Assembly (NCBI GenBank): GCA_045615245.1
Contig: JAZLEM010000023.1
Coordinates: 1-59,201 of the forward strand
Source of the DNA: Acetobacter sp.
GTDB lineage: Bacteria; Pseudomonadota; Alphaproteobacteria; Acetobacterales; Acetobacteraceae
DNA length: 59,201 nucleotides
Direction: 5' to 3'
Positions 21,360 to 31,434 of the stretch are shown here, in pieces (position 1 is the first letter of the stretch; each line of letters starts with the position of its first letter). The position numbers and the translations under genes are program-made. The notes under the pieces are model-generated. The model was given only the letters and a program-made list of their open reading frames with translations, searched no databases and was not told where the DNA came from.

Positions 21360-22684
21360 CAGAACAGACAGAGACAGTAGGATTAGGAGAACGATCTGCC
21401 TTATCCTGTCAGGGAGCCTCTTCTCAAGAGATAGAAATCCTTACTTTTGGTTGTCGTCTTAATACATGGGAAAGTGAAGTGATTCGTCTTCATGCGCGTG
21501 CGCAAAAGCTGAATCAAACAGTGATTATTAATACCTGTGCTGTTACGCGTGAGGCAGAGCGACAAGCCCAACAAGCTATTCGTCGCATTCATCGTAAAAA
21601 ACCCCATGTGCGTATTATTGTGACGGGGTGTGCTGCTCAAATTAACCCAACACGTTGGCTAAACCTTCCTGGTGTTACGCATGTACTAGGGAATAAAGAA
21701 AAACTTGAGGGAGAGAGTTGGGCATCAACGACGTTGACAAGCCAAGTTATGGTTTCAGACATTATGAGCCCGCAAAAAAGCAAGAAGAAAATAGAGTCCT
21801 CTCTTATAACAGAGTTTTCGGGGCGTACACGGGCATTTGTCCAAGTACAACAGGGCTGCGATCATCGTTGTACTTTTTGCATTATTCCTTTTAGTCGTGG
21901 TCCTTCGCGCTCTATACCAGCGGGAGCTGTGGTTGAGCAAATTCGGGCATTTGTGCAATCAGGACATCGTGAAGTTGTACTAACAGGCGTGGATCTGACT
22001 TCTTGGGGAGCCGATTTACCTGGACAGCCATCACTTGGGCAGCTTTGCTCTCGTATTTTACGGCTTGTGCCTGAACTCGAACGGCTACGTTTATCTTCTG
22101 TTGATCCTGTAGAGATCGATGAGGAAATATGGAATCTTCTCGAAACAGAATCGCGTTTCATGCCATATTTACATCTTTCATTACAAGCAGGTTCTGATCT
22201 GATTTTGAAACGTATGAAACGCCGCCATAGTGTTGCAGATGCGAAGCGTATTGTTATGCGAGCACGCCATATTCGTCATGATATAGGTCTTGGGGCTGAT
22301 ATTATTGCGGGTTTTCCTACGGAAGATGCAACATTGTTTGCGCAAACACAGGATTTTTTAAGGGAAATGTCGATTCCTTATTTGCATGTCTTTCCTTACA
22401 GTGAACGCCCTGGTACACCTGCGGCGCATATGCCAGCTATTTCTTTTTCTGAACGTAAAGAGCGTGCTTCTTTATTGCGTGCTTTAGGGCAGGAGGCTGC
22501 AAAGCGTTATTATACAAGCCTTCTCAATCAACCTTTACGTGTTTTAATGGAAACAACGACACAGGGACATAGTGAACAATTTGCCCCAGTTCGTTTGAAT
22601 AAGGGAGAGGCTCGTGTAGGAGATATTATAACGTTAAACCCTATTTCCGTAGAATCGTGTCACATTGTCGCTGAAAGGATGTGA
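21356..22684 (+). CDS. mtaB: tRNA threonylcarbamoyladenosine methylthiotransferase MtaB
   Basis: TFGCRLN, NTCAVT, radical SAM CDHRCTFC, HVFPYSERPGT. Confidence 0.92.
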   Translation: MTEQTETVGLGERSALSCQGASSQEIEILTFGCRLNTWESEVIRLHARAQKLNQTVIINTCAVTREAERQAQQAIRRIHRKKPHVRIIVTGCAAQINPTRWLNLPGVTHVLGNKEKLEGESWASTTLTSQVMVSDIMSPQKSKKKIESSLITEFSGRTRAFVQVQQGCDHRCTFCIIPFSRGPSRSIPAGAVVEQIRAFVQSGHREVVLTGVDLTSWGADLPGQPSLGQLCSRILRLVPELERLRLSSVDPVEIDEEIWNLLETESRFMPYLHLSLQAGSDLILKRMKRRHSVADAKRIVMRARHIRHDIGLGADIIAGFPTEDATLFAQTQDFLREMSIPYLHVFPYSERPGTPAAHMPAISFSERKERASLLRALGQEAAKRYYTSLLNQPLRVLMETTTQGHSEQFAPVRLNKGEARVGDIITLNPISVESCHIVAERM

Positions 22685-22691
22685 ATAACCC

Positions 22692-23630
22692 ATGGCATTA
22701 GGCTTTTTCTCTCGTCTTAAACAAGGTCTTTCACGTTCAACACAAAAATTGACAACCGGGTTAAGCGGTATGTTTACCCGACGCAAATTAGATGAAGTGG
22801 CTTTAGAAGAATTAGAAGAACTTCTTATTACAGCAGATATGGGACCTTCTGTTGCACGACGTATTATTGAGTCGTTTCGTGCTCATCGTTTTGGTATGGA
22901 AGTTACAGATGAAGAAATTCGTCTTGCTCTTTCTGATGAAATTTCAAAAATTCTTGATCCGATTGCCCAACCTTTTACTCCTGATACGACACATAAACCA
23001 CATGTTGTGCTGGTTGTAGGGGTTAATGGCGTTGGTAAAACGACAACAATTGGTAAAATGGCACGTTTTTTTGCAGATCAAGGAAATAAAGTTTTATTAG
23101 TTGCGGGAGATACATTTCGTGCAGCAGCTGTTGAACAACTCCAGATTTGGGGACAACGAACAGGGTGTTCGGTCATCGCTGGTCCTTCAGGGGCTGACGC
23201 AGCAGGTCTTGCTTTTGAAGCGTTAAAGAAGGCACAAGCAGAAGGAGCAGATCTTCTTTTTATGGATACTGCAGGGCGATTACATAATAAAAGCGCTCTT
23301 ATGGAAGAACTTGCTAAAATTATTCGTGTGATGCAAAAATGTGATCAGACAGCACCCCACTCTGTTTTGCTTGTGCTTGATGCAACTACGGGGCAAAACG
23401 CGTTAGAACAAGTGCGTGTATTTCTCGAATTGGTTAAAGTCACAGGGCTTGTTGTTACGAAATTAGATGGATCTGCTCGAGGGGGTATTGTTGTTGCTTT
23501 AGCGGATAGCTTTGGTTTGCCTGTGCATGCTGTTGGTGTTGGTGAACAGGTTGAAGATTTAAGACATTTTACAGCCAAAGATTATGCGCGTGGGCTTATT
23601 GGTTGTTCCGGAGAATTTCATAAAGAGTAA
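22692..23630 (+). CDS. ftsY: Signal recognition particle receptor FtsY
   Basis: GVNGVGKTTTIGK, DTFRAAA, DTAGRL, TKLDGSARGG. Confidence 0.97.
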   Translation: MALGFFSRLKQGLSRSTQKLTTGLSGMFTRRKLDEVALEELEELLITADMGPSVARRIIESFRAHRFGMEVTDEEIRLALSDEISKILDPIAQPFTPDTTHKPHVVLVVGVNGVGKTTTIGKMARFFADQGNKVLLVAGDTFRAAAVEQLQIWGQRTGCSVIAGPSGADAAGLAFEALKKAQAEGADLLFMDTAGRLHNKSALMEELAKIIRVMQKCDQTAPHSVLLVLDATTGQNALEQVRVFLELVKVTGLVVTKLDGSARGGIVVALADSFGLPVHAVGVGEQVEDLRHFTAKDYARGLIGCSGEFHKE

Positions 23631-23798
23631 TATGCTAGATGTAAAATTTATTTAAAATTTATTTAGAATTTTCTATCGGTCGTTTTTAGTCTTTTGAGTT
23701 GTTTTTAAAGGCGAATAAAGTCTTATCTTTACTTTTTTGAAGAAAGATGACATCATCTTTAACTAAAAAACGTAATGACACTCTCAAAATGGTAAAAT

Positions 23799-24110
23799 AT
23801 GAGAAAAAATGATCTTGAATCCTTTTCTGCACGTTTAAGCGCAGCTGAGCGTCGTTATGGTCTCGTGTCTCAAGAGCAAGAAGCATCTGCGTTGGGTGAT
23901 AGTCAGAAGGCGAATCAGTCTCTAGTGCGTATTGCTTTACGAGTAGGAACGGAAATGTTTTCTGCCTTGTTTGTGGGTGGTGCGATTGGGTGGGAGTTAG
24001 ATCATTGGTTGAGAACGAAGGCGGTTTTTTTAATTGTTTTTGCTATTCTCGGGGGATGTGCAGGTGTATTAAATGTTTGGCGTCTTGTCAGATCGATGGA
24101 GACGTCGTAA
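23799..24110 (+). CDS. atpI: AtpZ/AtpI family ATP synthase protein
   Basis: GGAIGWELDHWL, two TM helices, first gene of the F0 operon. Confidence 0.85.
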   Translation: MRKNDLESFSARLSAAERRYGLVSQEQEASALGDSQKANQSLVRIALRVGTEMFSALFVGGAIGWELDHWLRTKAVFLIVFAILGGCAGVLNVWRLVRSMETS

Positions 24111-24186
24111 GTAGTGAAATCTGATTATTAGAGTCGAGAAGATTTTTAGTTTTATTTTTTTAGTGTTATTTTGAGGGAAAATCGTC

Positions 24187-24936
24187 ATGGTAGGTGAGCC
24201 TAGTATTAATACTTTCGGACAGTTTGAGCTACACCCATTGCTAGGAAGTATAGGGAAAGCGTTATGCTTTAGCCAATCGCCTTTTTACATGATGATTTCG
24301 GTTGCTGTTGTTTTGGCGTTTTTGTATTATGGTATTAAGCCAGCTGCTATTGTGCCAGGACGTTTTCAAGCGTCAGTTGAGATGAGTTACGAGTTTATCC
24401 ATGATATGGTGCTAGATGCTATTGGCCCTGATGGGACTGCTTATTTCCCATTTGTTTTTGCCCTATTTTTCTTTATCCTTGTGGGGAATTATATCGGGCT
24501 TTTGCCGTATCAGTATACGTTTACAAGTCATATTGCGATTACTTTTGCTTTGGCTGTTGCTACATTTACGCTTGCTATTGTTGTTTCAATAAAGAATCAA
24601 GGGCTACACTTTTTCGCACATTTCATGCCAGAAGGGGTCAGTTTATTTTTGGCACCTCTCCTAGTGCCTATTGAAATTCTTACTTTTTTTTCTCGTCCTG
24701 TTAGTTTAGCAATTCGACTTTTTGCTAATATGGTTGCGGGGCATGTTATGCTTGATATTTTTGGCGCATTTGTTGTTATGCTTGCTGGTTTCGGTGTTAT
24801 TGGTGACGTGTGTGCGATTGGTCCTATTGCGCTCAATGTAGCACTTATGGCATTCGAGTTGCTTGTCGGTGTGTTGCAAGCCTATGTGTTTGCTATTCTG
24901 GCTTGCATTTATCTACGGGAGGCTGTCGCACGGTAG
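24187..24936 (+). CDS. atpB: F0F1 ATP synthase subunit a
   Basis: RPVSLAIRLFANMVAGH, LQAYVF. Confidence 0.97.
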   Translation: MVGEPSINTFGQFELHPLLGSIGKALCFSQSPFYMMISVAVVLAFLYYGIKPAAIVPGRFQASVEMSYEFIHDMVLDAIGPDGTAYFPFVFALFFFILVGNYIGLLPYQYTFTSHIAITFALAVATFTLAIVVSIKNQGLHFFAHFMPEGVSLFLAPLLVPIEILTFFSRPVSLAIRLFANMVAGHVMLDIFGAFVVMLAGFGVIGDVCAIGPIALNVALMAFELLVGVLQAYVFAILACIYLREAVAR

Positions 24937-24993
24937 GTGCCTGCGTATTCCGTTTTTTTTTAACTCTCTTTTTGAAATAAGGAACTTAAGATT

Positions 24994-25218
24994 ATGGATG
25001 TTCATGCAGCTCGGGAAATTGGTGCTGGTATTGCGATGATCGCTCTCACAGGTGTTGGTATTGGACTTGGGAATATCTTTTCAACGCTTGTAAGTAGTAT
25101 TGCGCGTAATCCTGCCGCACGTCCGCATGTTTTTGGGCTTGGTATGCTTGGATTTGCGCTTACGGAAGCTGTTGCTCTTTACGCTTTGTTAATAGCTTTT
25201 CTTATTCTCTTTGTTTAA
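24994..25218 (+). CDS. atpE: F0F1 ATP synthase subunit c
   Basis: GxGxGxG, ARNP loop, ALTEA acidic residue. Confidence 0.97.
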   Translation: MDVHAAREIGAGIAMIALTGVGIGLGNIFSTLVSSIARNPAARPHVFGLGMLGFALTEAVALYALLIAFLILFV

Positions 25219-25249
25219 GGGTGCTTTTTTACTTAGGAGGAGAGGTCTT

Positions 25250-25849
25250 GTGGCTGTGATGATAAAAATATATCGGACCAAAGTGTTTATGGTGGTTTGC
25301 AGTATTTTTATGCTGGTTTCTTTCATACCTAGCGCACATGCCACGGGAATGCCCCAGCTTGACTTTCAGAACCCTTTGGTGAGTGGTCAGGTTGTATGGG
25401 GTGGTGTTATCTTTTTAGCATTTTATTTTGCGCTGAGTCGTGCTTTGTTGCCTCGTATAGGTCGTGTCTTGGAAGATCGTAGTAAACGTATTAGGGATGA
25501 TCTTGATATTGCACGTAAAGCCAAAAGGGATACTGATAAAGCTATTGCTGAACTACAACAAGCGCGTGAGGATGCTCTTATCGAAGCAAAAGAGCACCTT
25601 CAATCAGCCTTAGAGGAAGAGCGTCTTGCGACTGAAAAACGTATGCGTGAAGTTCATGAGCGCTTGATAGCCGAGATCGATGAAGCAGAACGAGATATCT
25701 CTGTTGAGAAAGAACGTGTGCTTGAAAGCGTGAAAGATATTGCTTATGAGACAACGCAATTCCTTGTAAAACGTGTAGCGGGAGTTATGCCTGAGGAGCA
25801 GTGTATTAAAGAACAGGTCGAAAACGCGTACTCTCGTCGTTTGATTTAA
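25250..25849 (+). CDS. atpG: F0F1 ATP synthase subunit b'
   Basis: GMPQLDF, TM helix then coiled coil; GTG 25250 follows AGGAGG (start uncertain). Confidence 0.88.
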   Translation: MAVMIKIYRTKVFMVVCSIFMLVSFIPSAHATGMPQLDFQNPLVSGQVVWGGVIFLAFYFALSRALLPRIGRVLEDRSKRIRDDLDIARKAKRDTDKAIAELQQAREDALIEAKEHLQSALEEERLATEKRMREVHERLIAEIDEAERDISVEKERVLESVKDIAYETTQFLVKRVAGVMPEEQCIKEQVENAYSRRLI

Positions 25850-25873
25850 CTGTGCTGCTGGAGAATTAAAAAA

Positions 25874-26377
25874 ATGTCTGAAATTTTTCATGAGGCTAAT
25901 TTTTGGGTTGCAGTCTCATTTGTTTTATTTTTTGTTCTCTTCGGGAAAAAACTCTGGTTACCTATAGCCAAAGCTCTTGATAATCGAGCAGAGTTGGTGC
26001 GTCGTGAACTTGATGAAGTTGCGGTAATGCGTCGTCAAGCGGAGCAAATGCTTGAAAATGCTATACAGGAGCGTGAACAAGCACTTGTAGAAGCGCGTTC
26101 TTTGATTGAACGGTCTCGTCAACACGCCATAGAGATGACAGCACATCTGCGTAGACAGGCGGAAGAAGCGATTCGTCATCACGAAAAAGTTGCTCGTGAT
26201 CGTATTACGGCGGCAGAACGGGCTGCGATAAAAGAAGTACACCAGATCGTTCTTGATATAACTTTTGAGGCGGCACAGGAAGTTGTTCCAAAGGCTCTTG
26301 ATAATCAAGCAACGGAAACTTTAATCAATCAGGCGATTGCTACATTTCCTGAAGTTATCACACGTCAGGTTGCGTAA
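25874..26377 (+). CDS. atpF: F0F1 ATP synthase subunit b
   Basis: FWVAVSFVLFF...ALDNRA, coiled coil. Confidence 0.92.
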   Translation: MSEIFHEANFWVAVSFVLFFVLFGKKLWLPIAKALDNRAELVRRELDEVAVMRRQAEQMLENAIQEREQALVEARSLIERSRQHAIEMTAHLRRQAEEAIRHHEKVARDRITAAERAAIKEVHQIVLDITFEAAQEVVPKALDNQATETLINQAIATFPEVITRQVA

Positions 26378-26400
26378 CATATGCTTTAGGTTATTTTTCT

Positions 26401-27162
26401 ATGCAAGTAGTGCTAGAGAAAACGAAGGATCTTTCGGAAACATTACCTATTGTGAGTGTCGTTATTACTGTATTCAATGAACAAGGTAATATATCGCAGG
26501 TTTGTTCGGAACTTATCGAGGCTTTACAAAAACTTCCTCCGACTGAAATTATTTTTGTTGATGATGGGAGTACGGATAATACTGTTGAAACTTTGCAACA
26601 GCATCGGTGCCTTGGACTACCGTATTTACGTATTTTAGCTCATGATAGACGATGTGGAAAGTCCACGGCATTACGAACAGGAATTACAGCTGCTCGAGGA
26701 GAGTGGATTGCGACTCTTGATGGTGACGCGCAAGATGACCCGCGCGATTTACCAGATCTTGTTAAACTCGCTTGTAACCAAGCCGGAACACCGCCTTTAG
26801 TTGTTGGTATACGTCAGAAACGGTGTGATAGTCTTTCTAAACGCATTGCGACCCGTCTTGCAAATAGTCTACGTCAATATCTTTTACAAGATCGTTGTCC
26901 TGATACAGGAGGTCCTATTAAGGTTTTTCGTCGTGTCGATTTTTTGCGTCTCCCTCAATTTGAGGGATTACATCGTTATCTTCCTGCTTTATTGGCTACT
27001 TACGGTGTTCCTCTTCTTTGTCATACCGTAACACATCGACCGAGACTCTACGGGGTTTCTAAATATACGAATTTTCATCGTGCTCTGGTTGGTGTACGTG
27101 ATTTGCTCGGTGTTTTGTGGTTACGTAATCGTACGCATCTACCACATACTCGTGAATGCTAA
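26401..27162 (+). CDS. GT2 polyprenol-phosphate glycosyltransferase (ArnC/DPM1-like)
   Basis: SVVITVFNE, FVDDGSTD, TLDGDAQDDP, HRYLP, GVSKY. Confidence 0.9.
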   Translation: MQVVLEKTKDLSETLPIVSVVITVFNEQGNISQVCSELIEALQKLPPTEIIFVDDGSTDNTVETLQQHRCLGLPYLRILAHDRRCGKSTALRTGITAARGEWIATLDGDAQDDPRDLPDLVKLACNQAGTPPLVVGIRQKRCDSLSKRIATRLANSLRQYLLQDRCPDTGGPIKVFRRVDFLRLPQFEGLHRYLPALLATYGVPLLCHTVTHRPRLYGVSKYTNFHRALVGVRDLLGVLWLRNRTHLPHTREC

Positions 27163-28925
27163 AGTTTTTTCTTGGTTTTTATGATATTTTGCATCTTGCT
27201 AATTGGCAAAAGCAAAGATCTGGACTGAATACAGCATTACAATGGAAGTCACTGGCTTTATTAGGGCTTATTGCCTTTATCACCTTTCTTCCTGGACGAG
27301 TAAGTATTCCTCCATTTGATAGAGATGAGCCCCGCTATATGCAAGCAACGGCTCAAATGCTGGAAACACGTCGTTTTATAGATATTCGGTTTCAAGATAA
27401 ACCGCGCTATGTACAGCCTGCAGGTATTTATTGGTTGGAAGCTATATGTGCTGCTTTAGCAGGTCAACGTTATTGGCACAGTGTATGGCCTTATCGTATT
27501 CCTTCTCTTATAGCTATGACAATAGCGGTTATGCTAACTGCCTGTATTGGAAGTATGTTTTTTGGTCAGACAGCGGGTATTTTGGCAGGTCTTTTATTGT
27601 TATCAAGTGTGCTTGTTACGGCGGAGAGCCGTATGGCAACGATTGATTCTTGTTTGTTAGTGTGTGTTCTTTTGGCACAACTTGCTCTTGTACGCGCTTT
27701 ACAAGATCGGCAATTAAATCAACCAACTCATATTGGTACGGCTGTTCTTTATTGGGTTTCTATAGGCTGTGGGCTTATGCTTAAAGGTCCTGTGATTCTA
27801 ATGCCTTCATTAGCAACACCTTTAACACTTGCACTAATAGAAAAAAATGCGAGCCTTTGGTATCGTATGCGACCGCGTTGGGGATGGCTCATTGCTATTG
27901 CTATTTTACTTCCTTGGCTTGTGGCTATTGGATTTGTTAGCCACGGTGATTTTTTTTATCGATCAATAGGGAAAAATTTTTTAGGAAAAATTTCTTCTGG
28001 GCAAGAATCTCATGGTTTATGGCCCGGGTACTATTTACTTATTTTTCTTATAACTTTCTGGCCCGGGTCCTATTTTACTATGCGTGTTTTACCCGCAATT
28101 TGGTGTCAGAAACACGATTTAAATGTGCGTTACCTCTTATGTTGGATTGTACCTCATTGGCTGATCTTTGAAACGATTCCAACAAAATTACCACATTATG
28201 TTCTTCCTGTTTATCCTGCTATTGCTATTCTTACAGCAGGGGGAGTAATACAAGCATATTGGAAAAAAGAGATAATGACGCACTTATGGCAATTTTTTCT
28301 TGGTGTATATCGTATAGCCTGGTGCCTAGTAGGCTGTTTGTTGGCATGTGCTGGCCCGTTTCTTTTGTGGAAGTTAGAAAATCGTATTTCGTTTTTTGCT
28401 TTTCTTTTTGCCGTTGTTGTGTTGTGCCTCATTGGATTAGCGACAGTTTATCTTTGGCAAGAAAAACTGTGTTATGCTTTATTGAGTAGTCTAGGTGCCG
28501 CGATTTTTCTTTATACGGGATTATTTGTATTCGTTATTCCTTATCTACAAACAATCTGGCTTGCACCGCGTCTTGTAACTCTTATCCAAAATAACCTTGT
28601 TCAAGAAAAAAAACTTTGTTCGCATACGGATATTTTTTCAGTTTCTTTTTCTGAGCCAAGCCTTGTTTTTTTGCTTCGCGGAGATGTCCATTTAACAAGT
28701 GCCAGGCATGCTGCCGACGCGATACAAAAAAATCCTCATTGTACAATAGCGCTTGTTGGTCAACGTGAACAATCAGATTTTTTTAACGCATTACAACACT
28801 GGCATGGGGACGTGATAAGCCGAGGTCATGTAAGAGGGTTTAACTATTCTAATGGGCGTTTCTTAAATATAAGCCTTTATGCAGCAGATATGATGCCACA
28901 TACAAAGGAGACTATTTACCACTAG
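27156..28925 (+). CDS. ArnT-family (GT83/PMT-like) lipid-linked glycosyltransferase
   Basis: DRDEPRY, QPAGIYW, LKGPV, TKLPHYVLP, many TM helices. Confidence 0.9.
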   Translation: MLKFFLGFYDILHLANWQKQRSGLNTALQWKSLALLGLIAFITFLPGRVSIPPFDRDEPRYMQATAQMLETRRFIDIRFQDKPRYVQPAGIYWLEAICAALAGQRYWHSVWPYRIPSLIAMTIAVMLTACIGSMFFGQTAGILAGLLLLSSVLVTAESRMATIDSCLLVCVLLAQLALVRALQDRQLNQPTHIGTAVLYWVSIGCGLMLKGPVILMPSLATPLTLALIEKNASLWYRMRPRWGWLIAIAILLPWLVAIGFVSHGDFFYRSIGKNFLGKISSGQESHGLWPGYYLLIFLITFWPGSYFTMRVLPAIWCQKHDLNVRYLLCWIVPHWLIFETIPTKLPHYVLPVYPAIAILTAGGVIQAYWKKEIMTHLWQFFLGVYRIAWCLVGCLLACAGPFLLWKLENRISFFAFLFAVVVLCLIGLATVYLWQEKLCYALLSSLGAAIFLYTGLFVFVIPYLQTIWLAPRLVTLIQNNLVQEKKLCSHTDIFSVSFSEPSLVFLLRGDVHLTSARHAADAIQKNPHCTIALVGQREQSDFFNALQHWHGDVISRGHVRGFNYSNGRFLNISLYAADMMPHTKETIYH

Positions 28926-28953
28926 TTGTATTATTGGAGTGCTGTGGAACGCA

Positions 28954-29029
28954 TGGTGCCCGCTGGCGGATTCGAACCACCGGCCCCATCATTACGAATG
29001 ACGTGCTCTACCAACTGAGCTAAGCGGGC
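28954..29029 (-). tRNA. tRNA-Thr (CGT)
   Basis: Reverse complement GCCCGCTTAGCTCAGTTGGTAGAGC...TT-CGT-AA...GGTTCGAATCC...CCA; 76 nt. Confidence 0.95.
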
Positions 29030-29271
29030 ATACCTTATGTTATTAGTAGATGACAAACAAACCAACGTTTATAAGTGATTAACACGATCAGGCGCGTTAT
29101 ACAACTCTAAATCCTCTAAAATCTAAAGAAATTATCTCTTATACATATTTGAGAAAATAAATAAGTTCTTAAGAGTTCTCGTATTTCTTTAATTTCTTAC
29201 TTCTATCTTTGTAAATCTTCCTCTAGTGTATTATAAAAGTTTCTCTTTTGTGATCATCTATTACGCTAGAA

Positions 29272-30744
29272 TCATTTTAGTTTGTTTTCTTTATGAATGT
29301 TTTCGTAATCGGTAAGTGATATAGGATAATCTCCGGTGAAGCACGCATCACAATACGTTTTACATTTGTCGTCCTTACATACACTCTGAATGGCGTGTTT
29401 TAACCCTTTATGTGAGATAAAGGCTAAGCTTTCAACCCCAATAATTTTCGTCATTGCATCGATGTTATGTTGCACGGCGAGAAGTTTATTTCGTTCTGGT
29501 GTATCGATTCCGTAAAAACAAGAATGTTTTGTTGGTGGAGAAGAAATGCGCATATGTACTTCTCTAGCACCTGCTGTACGAACCATATCGACAATTTTAC
29601 GGGACGTTGTTCCACGTACAATAGAATCATCAACAAGAATCACACGTTTACCTTCTAACACAGCACGATTCGGTGAATGTTTCATTTTAACACCAAGATG
29701 TCGAATATGATCAGAGGGTTCAATAAAAGTGCGCCCAATATAGTGATTACGAATAATTCCTAAATCAAAGGGAAGACCGCTTGCTTCGGCGTAGCCAATG
29801 GCTGCAGGTACACCAGAATCGGGTACAGGAACAACCAAATCTGCATCAATTGAACTTTCTTTAGCTAATTCTCGACCAATTTCTTTACGGACATTATAGA
29901 CAGATAAGCCTTCTAAAAAAGTATCTGGTCGAGCAAAATAAATATATTCAAATACACAAAAACGTGGTGTTTTTGTACTGAAAGGGTGTACAGAACGTAA
30001 ATCGTTTTTTTCTATAAAAATAACCTCTCCTGGCTCAATATCTCGGACAAATTGGGCACCAATAATATCTAAACCGCATGTTTCTGATGATAACACCCAA
30101 GAATCGTGTCCTTGTTTGGTGGGTAAGCGCCCTAGAACTAAAGGGCGTATTCCAAAAGGATCGCGTGCACCGATAAGGGTATTTTGCGATAGAACGACAA
30201 GAGAATAAGCTCCTATAACATGTTTAAGGGCGTCAAGGAGTTTATCTTCTACTGTTGTATAAGGAGAAATAGCGATAAGATGTACAAGAACTTCTGTATC
30301 CATAGTTGACTGAAATAAACAGCCTCTCTGAATTAGTTCATGTCGTAGTAATCGAGCGTTGGTTAAATTACCGTTATGGGCTAGAGCAAGACCACCAAAA
30401 ACAAATTCTGCAAAAATTGGTTGTACGTTACGTAACAACGACGCTCCGGAAGTTGAATAACGATTATGTCCAATCGCACATGTCCCCTTCAGGGTAGCCA
30501 TAGTGTGGGGGTCAGAAAATACCTCTCCGACAAGACCAAAACCATGATGGGCATGAAATTGTTGTGTCTTTGGGTCAAAACAGACAATACCTGCTGCTTC
30601 TTGCCCGCGATGTTGAAGAGCATGTAATCCTAATGTTGTTAACGCAGAGGCATCCGAAGCATTCCAAACGCCAAAAATAGCGCATTCTTCATGTGGATGG
30701 TCGTTGTCTTCTAATATGATAGTGGGATGGAAATGCTTGGACAT
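29272..30744 (-). CDS. purF: Amidophosphoribosyltransferase
   Basis: EECAIFG, LQHRGQE, GHNRYST, VDDSIVRGTT. Confidence 0.97.
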   Translation of the reverse strand: MSKHFHPTIILEDNDHPHEECAIFGVWNASDASALTTLGLHALQHRGQEAAGIVCFDPKTQQFHAHHGFGLVGEVFSDPHTMATLKGTCAIGHNRYSTSGASLLRNVQPIFAEFVFGGLALAHNGNLTNARLLRHELIQRGCLFQSTMDTEVLVHLIAISPYTTVEDKLLDALKHVIGAYSLVVLSQNTLIGARDPFGIRPLVLGRLPTKQGHDSWVLSSETCGLDIIGAQFVRDIEPGEVIFIEKNDLRSVHPFSTKTPRFCVFEYIYFARPDTFLEGLSVYNVRKEIGRELAKESSIDADLVVPVPDSGVPAAIGYAEASGLPFDLGIIRNHYIGRTFIEPSDHIRHLGVKMKHSPNRAVLEGKRVILVDDSIVRGTTSRKIVDMVRTAGAREVHMRISSPPTKHSCFYGIDTPERNKLLAVQHNIDAMTKIIGVESLAFISHKGLKHAIQSVCKDDKCKTYCDACFTGDYPISLTDYENIHKENKLK

Positions 30745-30888
30745 AGACTTAATAAATAGGGTCTCAGGGTTGACTCAATAAGATTAAAGGATACCATACT
30801 TAAACTTAAATAGCAGACGTGACATCTTAATAAACTTGACAAATCCTATTATACTCATTGTAAGTCTTGTATTAAAGAATCAATATTC

Positions 30889-31419
30889 TTAATTTAAGTG
30901 ATTCAAATTACTTAAACTATTGAGTAGATTATGTGAAATTTTATTGAAATTCAATGAGGGGGCTAACAGTTTGAGTTGATGAACTTCTAATTGGATATAG
31001 GGTGTAAACTTACTGTTTGTTTCTATTTTCTGTAGTGTTGTATTTGGTAAAAAACTTATTACAAAAAAGATTGTAATAATAGAGAGAATCCCGCAAACTC
31101 CTCCTAATAAACCACCGAGTAAGTGATCTACTCCACGCATGGGTGTTAAGTGTACTATTCGTACAATCCAAGCCGATAGGCAGCCTCCTACTATAATAAC
31201 ACCTAGCAAAATGATTGTAGAAGATATAATCTGTGCCAAAATAGGTGACGCGATAAAGAGTTTTAGCCATATTGTAACAGGGGCTCGAAAATGTGCGACG
31301 GCTATAGAAACAACGATCCACAAACACAAATTTAGGGAGATACGGGTAAATCCTTTCCAAATACCATAGAGCGTAGATAAGGTTATAATGGCAAGAATTA
31401 TGATGTCTATTGTAGTCAA
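30889..31419 (-). CDS. cvpA: CvpA family protein
   Basis: DIIIL...GIWKGF, DHLLGGLLG; immediately upstream of purF. Confidence 0.85.
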   Translation of the reverse strand: MTTIDIIILAIITLSTLYGIWKGFTRISLNLCLWIVVSIAVAHFRAPVTIWLKLFIASPILAQIISSTIILLGVIIVGGCLSAWIVRIVHLTPMRGVDHLLGGLLGGVCGILSIITIFFVISFLPNTTLQKIETNSKFTPYIQLEVHQLKLLAPSLNFNKISHNLLNSLSNLNHLN

Positions 31420-31434
31420 AAAATCTGCTTTCTA

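Noticed and set aside
23799-26377. F0 genes without F1 genes, and two b-type subunits
   Set aside because: A split atp operon with b and b' is normal in Alphaproteobacteria.
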